In this document: in pieces, positions 16,695 to 24,959 of the stretch
Position numbering within the stretch: the first letter of the stretch is position 1
How the letters are laid out: every line of letters begins with the position of its first letter
Origin: an archaeon
GTDB lineage: Archaea; Iainarchaeota; Iainarchaeia; Iainarchaeales; 1-14-0-10-31-34
Direction: 5' to 3'
DNA length: 32,000 nt
Assembly: GCA_024277355.1 (NCBI GenBank)
Contig: JAJRVL010000004.1
Location: 330,001 to 362,000, forward strand
Made by a program: the position numbers and the translations under genes
The notes under the pieces: model-generated
What the model was told of the DNA's origin: nothing
Database searches by the model: none
The model's input: the letters and a program-made list of their open reading frames with translations, nothing else

Positions 16695-18515
16695 ATGAAC
16701 ATAAAACAGAAATTAATTAAATTTAATTTAGAGAAATTTCTTATTTTATTAATTATAATTAATTTTCTTGTAATTTCTTTTCCTTTGTTTTTGTTTACTC
16801 CTCCAAATAACCTGTATCCTGATTCAGCAACACACTACAAACTGACTGAATTAATCAAACAAGATATACAAAACATTAATTATAATCCAGGATACAGAAA
16901 AGGATTTCATTTAATTACTGCTTTTATTTCAAATTTCATTCCAATAGGCTATGCAATAGCATTAGTAATAACTGTATTTGTTGGATTACTTATTTTTTAT
17001 TCTTTCAGGCTTTCATTGCTTTTAACTAACCAAAAACTTACTGCATTATTTACTGCATTAATTATTTCTTCAATTACAATTCTTTCTGATGTAGGAATAA
17101 TTCCTTCTCCTGTTCCTCAAACAATAGGATTAAGTTTAGGAATAATTGCAATGTATTATTTTTTCAAAGAAAACTGGATTAAAACAGGATTAAGCATTGC
17201 ATTGTATTCAGTTATTCATTCATCTTATATATTTTTTTTAGGGTTAATGGTTTTAACTTCCTTAATTGTATTATTCAAAGAAAACAAAACAAACAAATTA
17301 ATTGTTTTTGGAAAATCTTTTGTTTTTATAATAATCACTGCTTTGCTGACAACAATAATTTCTTTTTCTGATTCAATTCCTTTCTTTCATTTAAGCCCAG
17401 AAATAGGCTTAATTGATGTATCAATTTCTCCTTTAAGCTTGCTTGACATAACTTTTCCTTTTGGAATGATTTTAATTGCATTAATAGGAACATATTATTC
17501 AAGAAAACAAATTCAAAAAATTGAATTCTATTCACTGATTTTATGGTTTGCAATTCCAATTATTGCCTCTCAAAGCTATTGGTTTAATTTACAGTTGTTT
17601 CCTTCTTCAAGAACAATAGTTTTCATGCTGTTTCCTTTAGCTTTTTTTTCAAGCCAATTAATTTCATTAATTAAAAACAAAAAAATAATTTCAATAATTG
17701 CAGTTTTAATTTTAGTTCTTTCCTTTTTTGGACATTATTATTTTTATGAAGAACTTCCAAAAAATGACTTCAAAAAAATAATGGGAAAAGAAGAAATAGA
17801 ATTAATTAAATTCCTGAAAACAAAACCATTAGATGAAATTGTTGCAGCAGAAAACAGGAATTCACAAATGATTTCTTTAGCTCACAAACAAAACACTTCG
17901 CAAAGAAATTTCTGGCTTATTTTAATAAACAAAAAAACTAATGAATTATTTGACTTGCAGGAAATAAGTTATTTGTTAATCGACAAAACAGAATTCAAAA
18001 ACTACGAAGTAATTGAAGGATCAAATGAATTTGAAAACAAAAAATACATTTTAATTAAACTGAAAAAAACTAAAGCAGAAAAAACAGACAAATTATCTGA
18101 TCATGCACTTGCATTAGCAACATTCTGGAATACAAGACAAGAAAAACTAATAACAAATTCAATTTATTTCTTAAAAATAAATGCAACAGATACCAAAGAA
18201 GAAATCTGTATTTCAATCCATCAAGGACTAAAAATTTCAAACTGTCCAGAAAAAATTGATTTTGAAGTAAATGCAGAAAAAAAAGTTTTAACTGAATTAC
18301 TTAATTCATATGAAAAAAACTATTTTTACAATAAAGCAGCATATTTAATCAGAAACGAAAAACTTGAAGTTTATCCTGATGAAATAACATTTATTGACGG
18401 AGGCCCTTATTCCATAACAAGACTGGTTTACTATTACAAATGGGTTAACCAGTCACCTTACTCTCAAAAAAATCTTTTTATTGGAAAATTATTATTAAAG
18501 CTTGGATTAAAATAA
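16695..18515 (+). CDS. Large polytopic membrane protein, GT-C glycosyltransferase-like
   Basis: 606 aa, about 10 or more hydrophobic segments followed by a soluble C-terminal domain; acidic residue in the first extracytoplasmic loop (LYPDSATHYKL) as in GT-C enzymes. Function is inference. Confidence 0.6.
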   Translation: MNIKQKLIKFNLEKFLILLIIINFLVISFPLFLFTPPNNLYPDSATHYKLTELIKQDIQNINYNPGYRKGFHLITAFISNFIPIGYAIALVITVFVGLLIFYSFRLSLLLTNQKLTALFTALIISSITILSDVGIIPSPVPQTIGLSLGIIAMYYFFKENWIKTGLSIALYSVIHSSYIFFLGLMVLTSLIVLFKENKTNKLIVFGKSFVFIIITALLTTIISFSDSIPFFHLSPEIGLIDVSISPLSLLDITFPFGMILIALIGTYYSRKQIQKIEFYSLILWFAIPIIASQSYWFNLQLFPSSRTIVFMLFPLAFFSSQLISLIKNKKIISIIAVLILVLSFFGHYYFYEELPKNDFKKIMGKEEIELIKFLKTKPLDEIVAAENRNSQMISLAHKQNTSQRNFWLILINKKTNELFDLQEISYLLIDKTEFKNYEVIEGSNEFENKKYILIKLKKTKAEKTDKLSDHALALATFWNTRQEKLITNSIYFLKINATDTKEEICISIHQGLKISNCPEKIDFEVNAEKKVLTELLNSYEKNYFYNKAAYLIRNEKLEVYPDEITFIDGGPYSITRLVYYYKWVNQSPYSQKNLFIGKLLLKLGLK

Positions 18516-18524
18516 AAACTAAAA

Positions 18525-18812
18525 TTAATCCAATACAGTTAAAGTTCCAAATTTTCCAGTGCTTAACTGTTTTTCGCCTTTATATTCAGAAACATATCCA
18601 TTTTCTATTTTAATTTTTTTTCCTTCTTCAACCTGATCAATTTGTTCATTCCACAAACTGATTTTAATTTCTCCGGTGTCATCTTTTCCTGCAGCATTAC
18701 AGACTCTGCCTGAAGCTCTAGGAGTATCAAAATTTCTTATTTCTCCTTTGCTTACAATTTCTAATTCAATATCTATTTTTCCTTGTCCGGATTTCAATTC
18801 TTTTACTTTCAT
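18525..18812 (-). CDS. Small OB-fold single-stranded nucleic acid-binding protein (RPA/SSB-like)
   Basis: 95 aa; VCNAAGKDDTGEIKISLWNEQIDQVEEGKKIKIENGYVSEYKGEKQLSTGKFGTLTVL matches archaeal RPA/SSB OB folds. Confidence 0.8.
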   Translation of the reverse strand: MKVKELKSGQGKIDIELEIVSKGEIRNFDTPRASGRVCNAAGKDDTGEIKISLWNEQIDQVEEGKKIKIENGYVSEYKGEKQLSTGKFGTLTVLD

Positions 18813-18963
18813 TTCATCGCCTCACTATTTAATATATACAATATAAGTAGTCTATCTTAAATTTTTAAAACAAAAAAACTTTTAAAACAAATGCCCTGCA
18901 ATTAAAGAAATAAACCTATTTTATTAAATTTCCCTTAAATAAATATTAATAGTAACTGTTAAA

Positions 18964-19020
18964 ACAGCAGGACTGAATGAAATGAAGTCGTGCACGCATG
19001 TCAACTGGGCGTGACAGTTG
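18964..19020 (+). repeat. 57-nt GC-rich element, copy A, immediately upstream of tRNA-Ser
   Basis: acagcaggactgaatgaaatgaagtcgtgcacgcatgtcaactgggcgtgacagttg; identical to the reverse complement of 26256..26312. Terminal hairpin CAACTG-GGCGTGA-CAGTTG. Confidence 0.9.
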
Positions 19021-19176
19021 CAAGGGTGGCAGAGTGGTTTAATGCGCGGGCCTGCTAAAACCTTTTTAGAAAAAAGGTTTATCAAAAACAGGTAAACTTT
19101 TAGGGAAAAAAAGTTTATCAAAATTGCAGTTAGCCCGTGCCCTTTGGGCGCGCGAGTTCGAATCTCGTCCCTTGCG
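19020..19176 (+). tRNA. tRNA-Ser(GCT) with a 74-nt intron (19058..19131)
   Basis: Acceptor GCAAGGG/CCCTTGC, D-arm, anticodon stem CGGGC/GCCCG, loop CTGCTAA, long variable arm, T-arm GCGAG-TTCGAAT-CTCGT. Bulge-helix-bulge: exon CTGC pairs with intron GCAG, bulges TA|A and TT|A. Confidence 0.95.
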
Positions 19177-19305
19177 TCAAACGTTTCGCCGTTTGAGCAC
19201 GATGCACGACATCGCTTCGCTCAGTCGAGCTGTCAAAACGTAACAGCTCTATCGAGCTGAAAGCGAAGATAGTGCACACGCGTCAACCGAGTGAACGGTT
19301 GTTTT
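19177..19305 (+). ncRNA. GC-rich structured spacer/leader between tRNA-Ser and tRNA-Leu
   Basis: Perfect hairpins TCAAACG-TTTCGC-CGTTTGA (19177-19183/19190-19196), CAGCTC-TATC-GAGCTG (19244-19249/19254-19259) and CAACCG-AGTGAA-CGGTTG (19284-19289/19296-19301); much higher GC than the surroundings. Transcript status unknown. Confidence 0.45.
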
Positions 19306-19537
19306 GCAGGAGTAGCGAAGTGGTCAAACGCGCCAGACTCAAGAAAACTCTCTGAAAAAAAGTTTAATTAGAAACTTCAAAAAGCCTTCAAAAACTTCCC
19401 ACAAACTTTTTAGTAAGAAAGTTTTTCCCGAAATCAACTTATCAAAAAAATTCGCTTCAATGCGAAAGATTGATTTCAGGATTTTGGGGTTATCTGGTGA
19501 CTTAGTGTCTTCGGGGGTTCGAATCCTCCCTCCTGCA
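19306..19537 (+). tRNA. tRNA-Leu(CAA) with a 148-nt intron (19344..19491)
   Basis: Acceptor GCAGGAG/CTCCTGC, anticodon stem CCAGA/TCTGG, loop CTCAAG|A, variable arm GAC..GTC, T-arm GGGGG-TTCGAAT-CCTCC. The BHB at the splice sites is weaker than for Ser. Confidence 0.92.
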
Positions 19538-19555
19538 TCGCGCTTTCGAGCGCGA
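19538..19555 (+). repeat. Perfect 7-bp hairpin with UUCG tetraloop directly after tRNA-Leu
   Basis: TCGCGCT-TTCG-AGCGCGA starting 1 nt after the discriminator base. Confidence 0.75.
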
Positions 19556-19571
19556 GAACCGAAAAACGTCC

Positions 19572-19594
19572 AACCTATTGCTTTGCAATAGGTT
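19572..19594. terminator. Perfect 10-bp inverted repeat with 3-nt loop (possible terminator/processing hairpin)
   Basis: AACCTATTGC-TTT-GCAATAGGTT. Function is inference. Confidence 0.4.
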
Positions 19595-19649
19595 ATAAAT
19601 TTTCAAAAAAAAGTTTAATCAAAAAGTTTATTCTATAAAAAAAATAATT

Positions 19650-19967
19650 TTATTTTAATTTGGGTTTTATTATTCTTTTTTTTGGAGTTTTAGTTTTTTT
19701 TCTTTTCACAGGAGTTAAGGGAACTCCATTTACTAATCTGCTATGCAAACGCAGTTTGTTATGGGTTTTATGCATTGAAGTAATCCAAATTTTTCTTTGC
19801 TTCCATAATCTTTTATTTGATTTTTTAAAACCTATTTCTTCAGCTAATTCTTCAAGCATTAATGCAAATTTTTTCGCATCCCTTTTTTTTGATAAATCTA
19901 AATAAAAAGTTTTAATTAAAAATTCTTTTTCTTGAGGAATTAATTCTGCAAGTTTTCCTTTTTTCAT
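19650..19967 (-). CDS. Hypothetical small basic protein
   Basis: 105 aa with C-terminal basic tail PVKRKKTKTPKKRIIKPKLK. Confidence 0.65.
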   Translation of the reverse strand: MKKGKLAELIPQEKEFLIKTFYLDLSKKRDAKKFALMLEELAEEIGFKKSNKRLWKQRKIWITSMHKTHNKLRLHSRLVNGVPLTPVKRKKTKTPKKRIIKPKLK

Positions 19968-20053
19968 ATTTCTAATTTAATTCAAGAATTTATTTAATTC
20001 TTTTGTTTTTATGCAAACAAAAGATTAATATTCTTTTATTGTGTTTTTTTTGC

Positions 20054-20710
20054 ATGGTTGATTTAAATTCATTGATTGAAACATTATTGCCTGAGTTTTA
20101 TGCTAAAGCACCTGAATTAGGTTTGTTTACTTTATCTATTGTGCTTTATGGAGTATTAATTTTTGAATTTTATCGTTTTGTTGCAAAAAGAGATGTGTTT
20201 GGTTTTGATATTGAAAAATACAAAAGAGGAACCGAAGGAATTACTTCAAAAATATTTAATTTTTTGTTAGGCGTAATAAAATACGGAGCAATTTTCCCGT
20301 TTTTTGTTTTTGTCTGGTTTGCAGGATTTTCTTTTTTATTATTTTTTATGGCAAAAAACTTAGGAACTTCAGAAATACTTACTGTTTCAGTTGTTTTTGT
20401 TACTGCAATAAGAGTTGCAAGTTATTATAATGAAAGTTTAAGCCAGGATTTAGCTAAACTAATCCCTTTTGCATTATTAGGTGTAGCAATAATTGAACCC
20501 AACTTTTTTTCTTTTAAATTAGTTGAAAGCAGATTAAATGAAATTTCTTTGTTTATTATTGAAATTACAACTTATTTTTCTTTTATTGTAGTAGTTGAAT
20601 GGATTTTAAGAATTTTATTATCAATTAAATTTTTAGTTTTTGGAATAAACAAAAAAGAAATAGTAAAAGAAGAACTAAAAGAAGAAATTGAAAAGATAGT
20701 GAAAGACTAA
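20054..20710 (+). CDS. Polytopic membrane protein, unknown function
   Basis: Track ORF begins at 20003, but the ATG at 20054 (MVDLNSLIETLLPEFYAKAPELGLFTLS...) is a better start; several hydrophobic helices; ends 1 nt into the downstream permease. Confidence 0.7.
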   Translation: MVDLNSLIETLLPEFYAKAPELGLFTLSIVLYGVLIFEFYRFVAKRDVFGFDIEKYKRGTEGITSKIFNFLLGVIKYGAIFPFFVFVWFAGFSFLLFFMAKNLGTSEILTVSVVFVTAIRVASYYNESLSQDLAKLIPFALLGVAIIEPNFFSFKLVESRLNEISLFIIEITTYFSFIVVVEWILRILLSIKFLVFGINKKEIVKEELKEEIEKIVKD

Positions 20711-22017
20711 TGCAGGAAAAATTAAGGCTTAAAAGAGAATTAAGTTTAACTGAAGCAGTTTTATGCGGAATAGGAATAATTCTTGGAGCAGGAATTTATG
20801 TTATTATTGGAAGAACTGCAGGATTAGCAGGAAATACTTTATGGATTTCCTTTTTGATTGCAACAATTGTTGCTTCTTTTACTGGATTAAGTTATGCTGA
20901 ATTAGCTTCAAGATATCCAAAAGCAGGAGCAGAATTTGAATACACAAAAAATGCTTTTGATAAACGAATTGGTTTTTTAGTTGGCTGGCTTACAATTATT
21001 GCAGGAATAGTTGCAGCCTCAGCAGTAGCAATAGGCTTTGGAGAAAATTTACTGAAATTAACTTCTGTACTTTCATTACCTGAAATTCCAATAATTTTTT
21101 CTGCAATAACTTTAATTGTTTTAAGTTCATTTATTATTTTTTGGGGAATAAAACAGTCAGTAAAAATTGCAATAATTTTTACTTTAATTGAAGCATTAGG
21201 TTTATTATTAATTATTTTTATTGGAATTCCATTTATTGGTTCAGTTGATTTAATGGAAATGCCACCTGCAGGATTAAGCGGAGTGTTAAGTGGAGCAGCA
21301 TTAATTTTCTTTGCGTTTATTGGCTTTGAAGAAATGGTGAGAATGAGTGAAGAAACAAAAAATCCAGAAAAAACAATTCCAAAAGCATTAATGTTAGCTA
21401 TAGCAATTACCTCAATTTTATATGTTTTAGTTGGAATTTCAGCAGTAAGTGTTGTTCCATGGGAAGTGTTAAGCACAAGTCCTGCTCCTTTGTCTTTAGT
21501 TGCAGAAGAAGTTTTTGGTTCAAACGGAGGATTGCTTTTATTAATTATAGTTTTGTTTTCTACAGCTAATACAGTTTTGTTGGTTTTACTTGCAGCTTCA
21601 AGAATTGTTTACGGAATCGGAATAGATAAAGAACTTCCAAACATTGTAGCAAAACTTCATCCAAAAACAAAAACGCCTTATGTTGCAATAATTTTAATTA
21701 TGTTTTTATCAGCTTTATTTGCTTTATTTGATATTAGTTTTTTAGCTAAAACAGCAGACTTTGTTTTGTTTATTATTTTTATTATAATTAATGCAGCAGT
21801 AATAATGCTTAGAATAAAACAACCAGAAATAAAACCAAAATTTATGATTCCATTTAACTACAAAAACATTCCTTTAACAGCAGTATTAGGAATTTTTTCT
21901 GTTTTAATTTTAATAGGCCATATTGAATTAGATGTTATTGCATTGTCTTTAGGTTTAAGTTTTATGGGATTAATTTTTTATGAAATAAGCCACAAACTAA
22001 ACAAAAACAAAATTTAA
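20710..22017 (+). CDS. APC superfamily amino acid permease
   Basis: 435 aa; ELSLTEAVLCGIGIILGAGIYVIIGRTAGLAG, FASFTGLSYAELASRYPKAGAEFEY, FFAFIGFEEMVRMSEETKNPEKTIPKALMLAI. Confidence 0.95.
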   Translation: MQEKLRLKRELSLTEAVLCGIGIILGAGIYVIIGRTAGLAGNTLWISFLIATIVASFTGLSYAELASRYPKAGAEFEYTKNAFDKRIGFLVGWLTIIAGIVAASAVAIGFGENLLKLTSVLSLPEIPIIFSAITLIVLSSFIIFWGIKQSVKIAIIFTLIEALGLLLIIFIGIPFIGSVDLMEMPPAGLSGVLSGAALIFFAFIGFEEMVRMSEETKNPEKTIPKALMLAIAITSILYVLVGISAVSVVPWEVLSTSPAPLSLVAEEVFGSNGGLLLLIIVLFSTANTVLLVLLAASRIVYGIGIDKELPNIVAKLHPKTKTPYVAIILIMFLSALFALFDISFLAKTADFVLFIIFIIINAAVIMLRIKQPEIKPKFMIPFNYKNIPLTAVLGIFSVLILIGHIELDVIALSLGLSFMGLIFYEISHKLNKNKI

Positions 22018-22113
22018 TTGTTTTTTGGTTTTTTCTTCTAAAAGAAAATTATTTATATTAGAATAGAGTTCTATTACATCATCAATATACAAATATTGAT
22101 AAGAGGGGTTGAA

Positions 22114-24954
22114 ATGAATTGGAAAACTAAACTATTATTTATAACTGTATTTTTTGTATTTTTTTCGTTTACTGTTTCTGCTGAATGCGGAAATGGTGTT
22201 TGTGACAAAAATGAATCTTATGAAAGCTGTCCGGCAGACTGTGATTCACCAACCCCTGACTGCAGTATAGAATCAGGAATTCCTGAAAGTGGATGTATTT
22301 GCTATGGACAAGAAAAATATGATGGCTGGTGTTGTACTGGTTCATGGCAAAATTATGAATGCGGCTCAGTTTGTGGAAACAGTGTATGTGAAGGTGGAGA
22401 AGAAAATACTTGTCCAGGAGACTGTGTAGTATGCGGAGACGGAAAATGCGAAGGAGGAGAAGATCAATATAGCTGTTCTGCTGATTGCGGAAGCCCTGCT
22501 CCTTGGTGTGGAGACGGAACATGCAATGAAAATGAAACACAAGACACCTGTCCGCAAGACTGTGGAACCCCAAGTGTTTGTGGAAATAGTGTTTGTGAAA
22601 CAGGAGAAGAAATAGGATGTCCTGGAGACTGTTATACCTGTGGAGACGGAATATGCAACGGAAGCGAAACACCTGAAACATGTCATGATGATTGTAATTC
22701 AAATGAAATACCTGAAACATGCGGAAATAATTTTTGTGATTCAGGAGAAACAAAAGAAAACTGTCCGGTAGATTGTTATGAAAGCAACTGCGGAAACGGA
22801 ATATGTGAATCATACAACGGAGAAGATTCATATAATTGTCCAGTAGATTGTGAAACTTATTCAGAATGCGGAAACCAAATTTGTGAAGAAGGAGAAGAAA
22901 TAAATTGTCCTTCAGACTGTGGAGAATGCGGAAATAATTTTTGTGAAACAGGAGAAGAAATAAATTGTCCTGGAGACTGCTTTAAATGCGGAGATGGAAT
23001 ATGCAATGGAAGCGAAACAGAATTTACTTGTCATGATGATTGTCCGCCTTCAACTTGCGGAAATGGAACATGTGATGAAAGAGAATGGGAAAAAAACTGT
23101 CCTCAAGATTGCAGTGTACAAGCAGAATGCGGAGATGGATTTTGTGACTGGCATTTAGGAGAAAACCCTGAAAGCTGTAGTGTTGATTGTAGTTATGAAC
23201 CAAAATGTGGAAACAGAATATGTGAACAAGGAGAAACCGCAGAAAATTGTCAAGATGACTGCAGACCAGGAGGATTTTGTGGAGATGGTTATTGTGGAAT
23301 AGAAGAAAACCCAGAAAATTGTTATGATGACTGCGGAGCAGTAGTAAAACCCCCAATAAATAATTGTCCTCCAGACGAAGCAATACAAGAACTAAAAAAT
23401 AAATGTGAAGACTATGACATGGAATTCAGTTTAAGACAAGGACATAATGGATGCCTTTATGGAGAATGCAATACAGGCCGTAAACCTCCTCAAGAAGAAG
23501 ATTGCAAAGAAATAATTGAACCAAATGGTTTTGTAAGAAGAATATGTGAAAACCAATGTTTTCCTGAACCACTAGAAATAAAACAAAGATGTATTGAAAG
23601 CAGAGGAACTCCAAAACAAAGCACTGATTTTAGAGGATGCGAAATTACAATATGTGAATATGGAGATTCAGGCGGAAGAGACTTTATTGGAGAGTGTTCA
23701 GACAGAGAAAAAATAGATGACAAAGCAAGAGAATGTAAAAAACAAGGATTAAAGCCAATAATTGAAAGAGGATTTAATGGATGTGAATATGTTAAATGTG
23801 CAGGTGAATTTAGAAGAGATGAATGTCCTGTTCATGGCTTTGAAGAAATTGAAAGAATAAGAAAAGAATGCAATGCAAAAGGCGGAGAATTAATTAAACA
23901 CTTTGATGACAGAGGATGCGGAATACCGCAATGCATTATGGAAGGAGACAGAGAACAATATTGTAAAGACGTCCCAAGAGAAGCATTTAACAGATGCGAA
24001 GAAGAAGGCGGAGAATTAATTATACAAAAAGACGAACAAGGCTGTGTTGTATTTGAAACATGCAATAGAAGAGGAGACAGAAGATTTGAATATGATTCAA
24101 TAGAAGAAATTCCAGATGTAACACAATTACTTTCAATTGCATTAAAATTAGAAGACTTAAAAGTACAATTAGCAAAAGTAAAAAATAAACTAAATTTGCT
24201 TGCAGAATACTATAAAGAAGAAAATGATTCAGAAAATGCAGAAAGATTAGAAAAAGCTGCTTCAATGTTTGGTTCAATTGAAGATGACATTGAAAGAATA
24301 AAAAACAAAATAAAAGAAAATGCAGACAATATGAATGAAAGAAGTGTAATTGAAATAAAAAAAGAAATTAAATTAATCAGAGAAAAACTAAAAGACATTT
24401 TGTTTGTTTTGTTAGGAGAAAAAGAAACCAGAAAAGATTACACTAAAGGAGACTGCGGAACAGATGAATATTGTTTCCAGAAAAATTATGCAATATGCAG
24501 TCCAACAAAATACACTCATATAGATTCATACCAAGATAACCAAAAATTTCTTGCAGAAATAAAAGGAATAGAAAACGGAAAATGCATTATGACAGTTACA
24601 TCTGAATTTGCAGGACAAACTCTTTCAATGAGATGTGAAGACAGCAAATATATTGATTCAGATGTAGGACAAAAAATGAAAGAAATATGCAAAGGACCAT
24701 TAATAGACATGATAAAACAAGAAGACCCAACAGGTCCCGACTATGAACCAGAATACAAAAAAGACTACCAAAGAGATTACAGAGGAGACTATAAAGGATA
24801 TAAAGAAGATTTAGGGAGAGATATTGAAGGATGCAAAGAAACATTTGATGAACAAGGAAACAAATATATTACTTGTCCGGCAAAAGAAGAAACCAAAACA
24901 AATCCTTATAATCCAATGACAGGAAATGCATTAATAGGAATTAAATGGAGGTAA
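22114..24954 (+). CDS. Large secreted cysteine-rich repeat protein (15 CGxGxC..CxxDC modules, 5 second-type Cys repeats, coiled coil)
   Basis: Signal peptide MNWKTKLLFITVFFVFFSFTVSA. Track start is TTG 22096; ATG 22114 follows the SD-like GAGGGG. Repeats read directly in the translation. Confidence 0.88.
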   Translation: MNWKTKLLFITVFFVFFSFTVSAECGNGVCDKNESYESCPADCDSPTPDCSIESGIPESGCICYGQEKYDGWCCTGSWQNYECGSVCGNSVCEGGEENTCPGDCVVCGDGKCEGGEDQYSCSADCGSPAPWCGDGTCNENETQDTCPQDCGTPSVCGNSVCETGEEIGCPGDCYTCGDGICNGSETPETCHDDCNSNEIPETCGNNFCDSGETKENCPVDCYESNCGNGICESYNGEDSYNCPVDCETYSECGNQICEEGEEINCPSDCGECGNNFCETGEEINCPGDCFKCGDGICNGSETEFTCHDDCPPSTCGNGTCDEREWEKNCPQDCSVQAECGDGFCDWHLGENPESCSVDCSYEPKCGNRICEQGETAENCQDDCRPGGFCGDGYCGIEENPENCYDDCGAVVKPPINNCPPDEAIQELKNKCEDYDMEFSLRQGHNGCLYGECNTGRKPPQEEDCKEIIEPNGFVRRICENQCFPEPLEIKQRCIESRGTPKQSTDFRGCEITICEYGDSGGRDFIGECSDREKIDDKARECKKQGLKPIIERGFNGCEYVKCAGEFRRDECPVHGFEEIERIRKECNAKGGELIKHFDDRGCGIPQCIMEGDREQYCKDVPREAFNRCEEEGGELIIQKDEQGCVVFETCNRRGDRRFEYDSIEEIPDVTQLLSIALKLEDLKVQLAKVKNKLNLLAEYYKEENDSENAERLEKAASMFGSIEDDIERIKNKIKENADNMNERSVIEIKKEIKLIREKLKDILFVLLGEKETRKDYTKGDCGTDEYCFQKNYAICSPTKYTHIDSYQDNQKFLAEIKGIENGKCIMTVTSEFAGQTLSMRCEDSKYIDSDVGQKMKEICKGPLIDMIKQEDPTGPDYEPEYKKDYQRDYRGDYKGYKEDLGRDIEGCKETFDEQGNKYITCPAKEETKTNPYNPMTGNALIGIKWR
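22185..23337 (+). repeat. 15 tandem Cys modules, consensus CGxGxCexgE.xxxCPxDC
   Basis: Counted from the translation, ECGNGVCDKNESYESCPADC through CGDGYCGIEENPENCYDDC. Confidence 0.88.
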
Positions 24955-24959
24955 TGGAA

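Noticed and set aside
18924-19121. Minus-strand 65-aa ORF sharing the peptide NCHAQLTCVHDFISFSPAV with plus-strand ORF 26185..26388
   Set aside because: The shared peptide is just the antisense translation of the 57-nt tRNA-leader repeat, and both ORFs run through tRNA exons and introns.
22169-22831. 220-aa minus-strand ORF (and 22366-22686, 23024-23383, 23155-23388, 23426-23614 etc.) opposite the Cys-rich gene
   Set aside because: They are mirror images of the repetitive coding strand with biased His/Phe/Leu composition; the plus strand has the signal peptide, the Cys periodicity and a single 2.8-kb frame.
22185-23337. Considered as a CRISPR array or tandem DNA repeat
   Set aside because: Repetition is at the protein level, unit lengths vary, the frame is kept open and there are no unique spacers between identical repeats.
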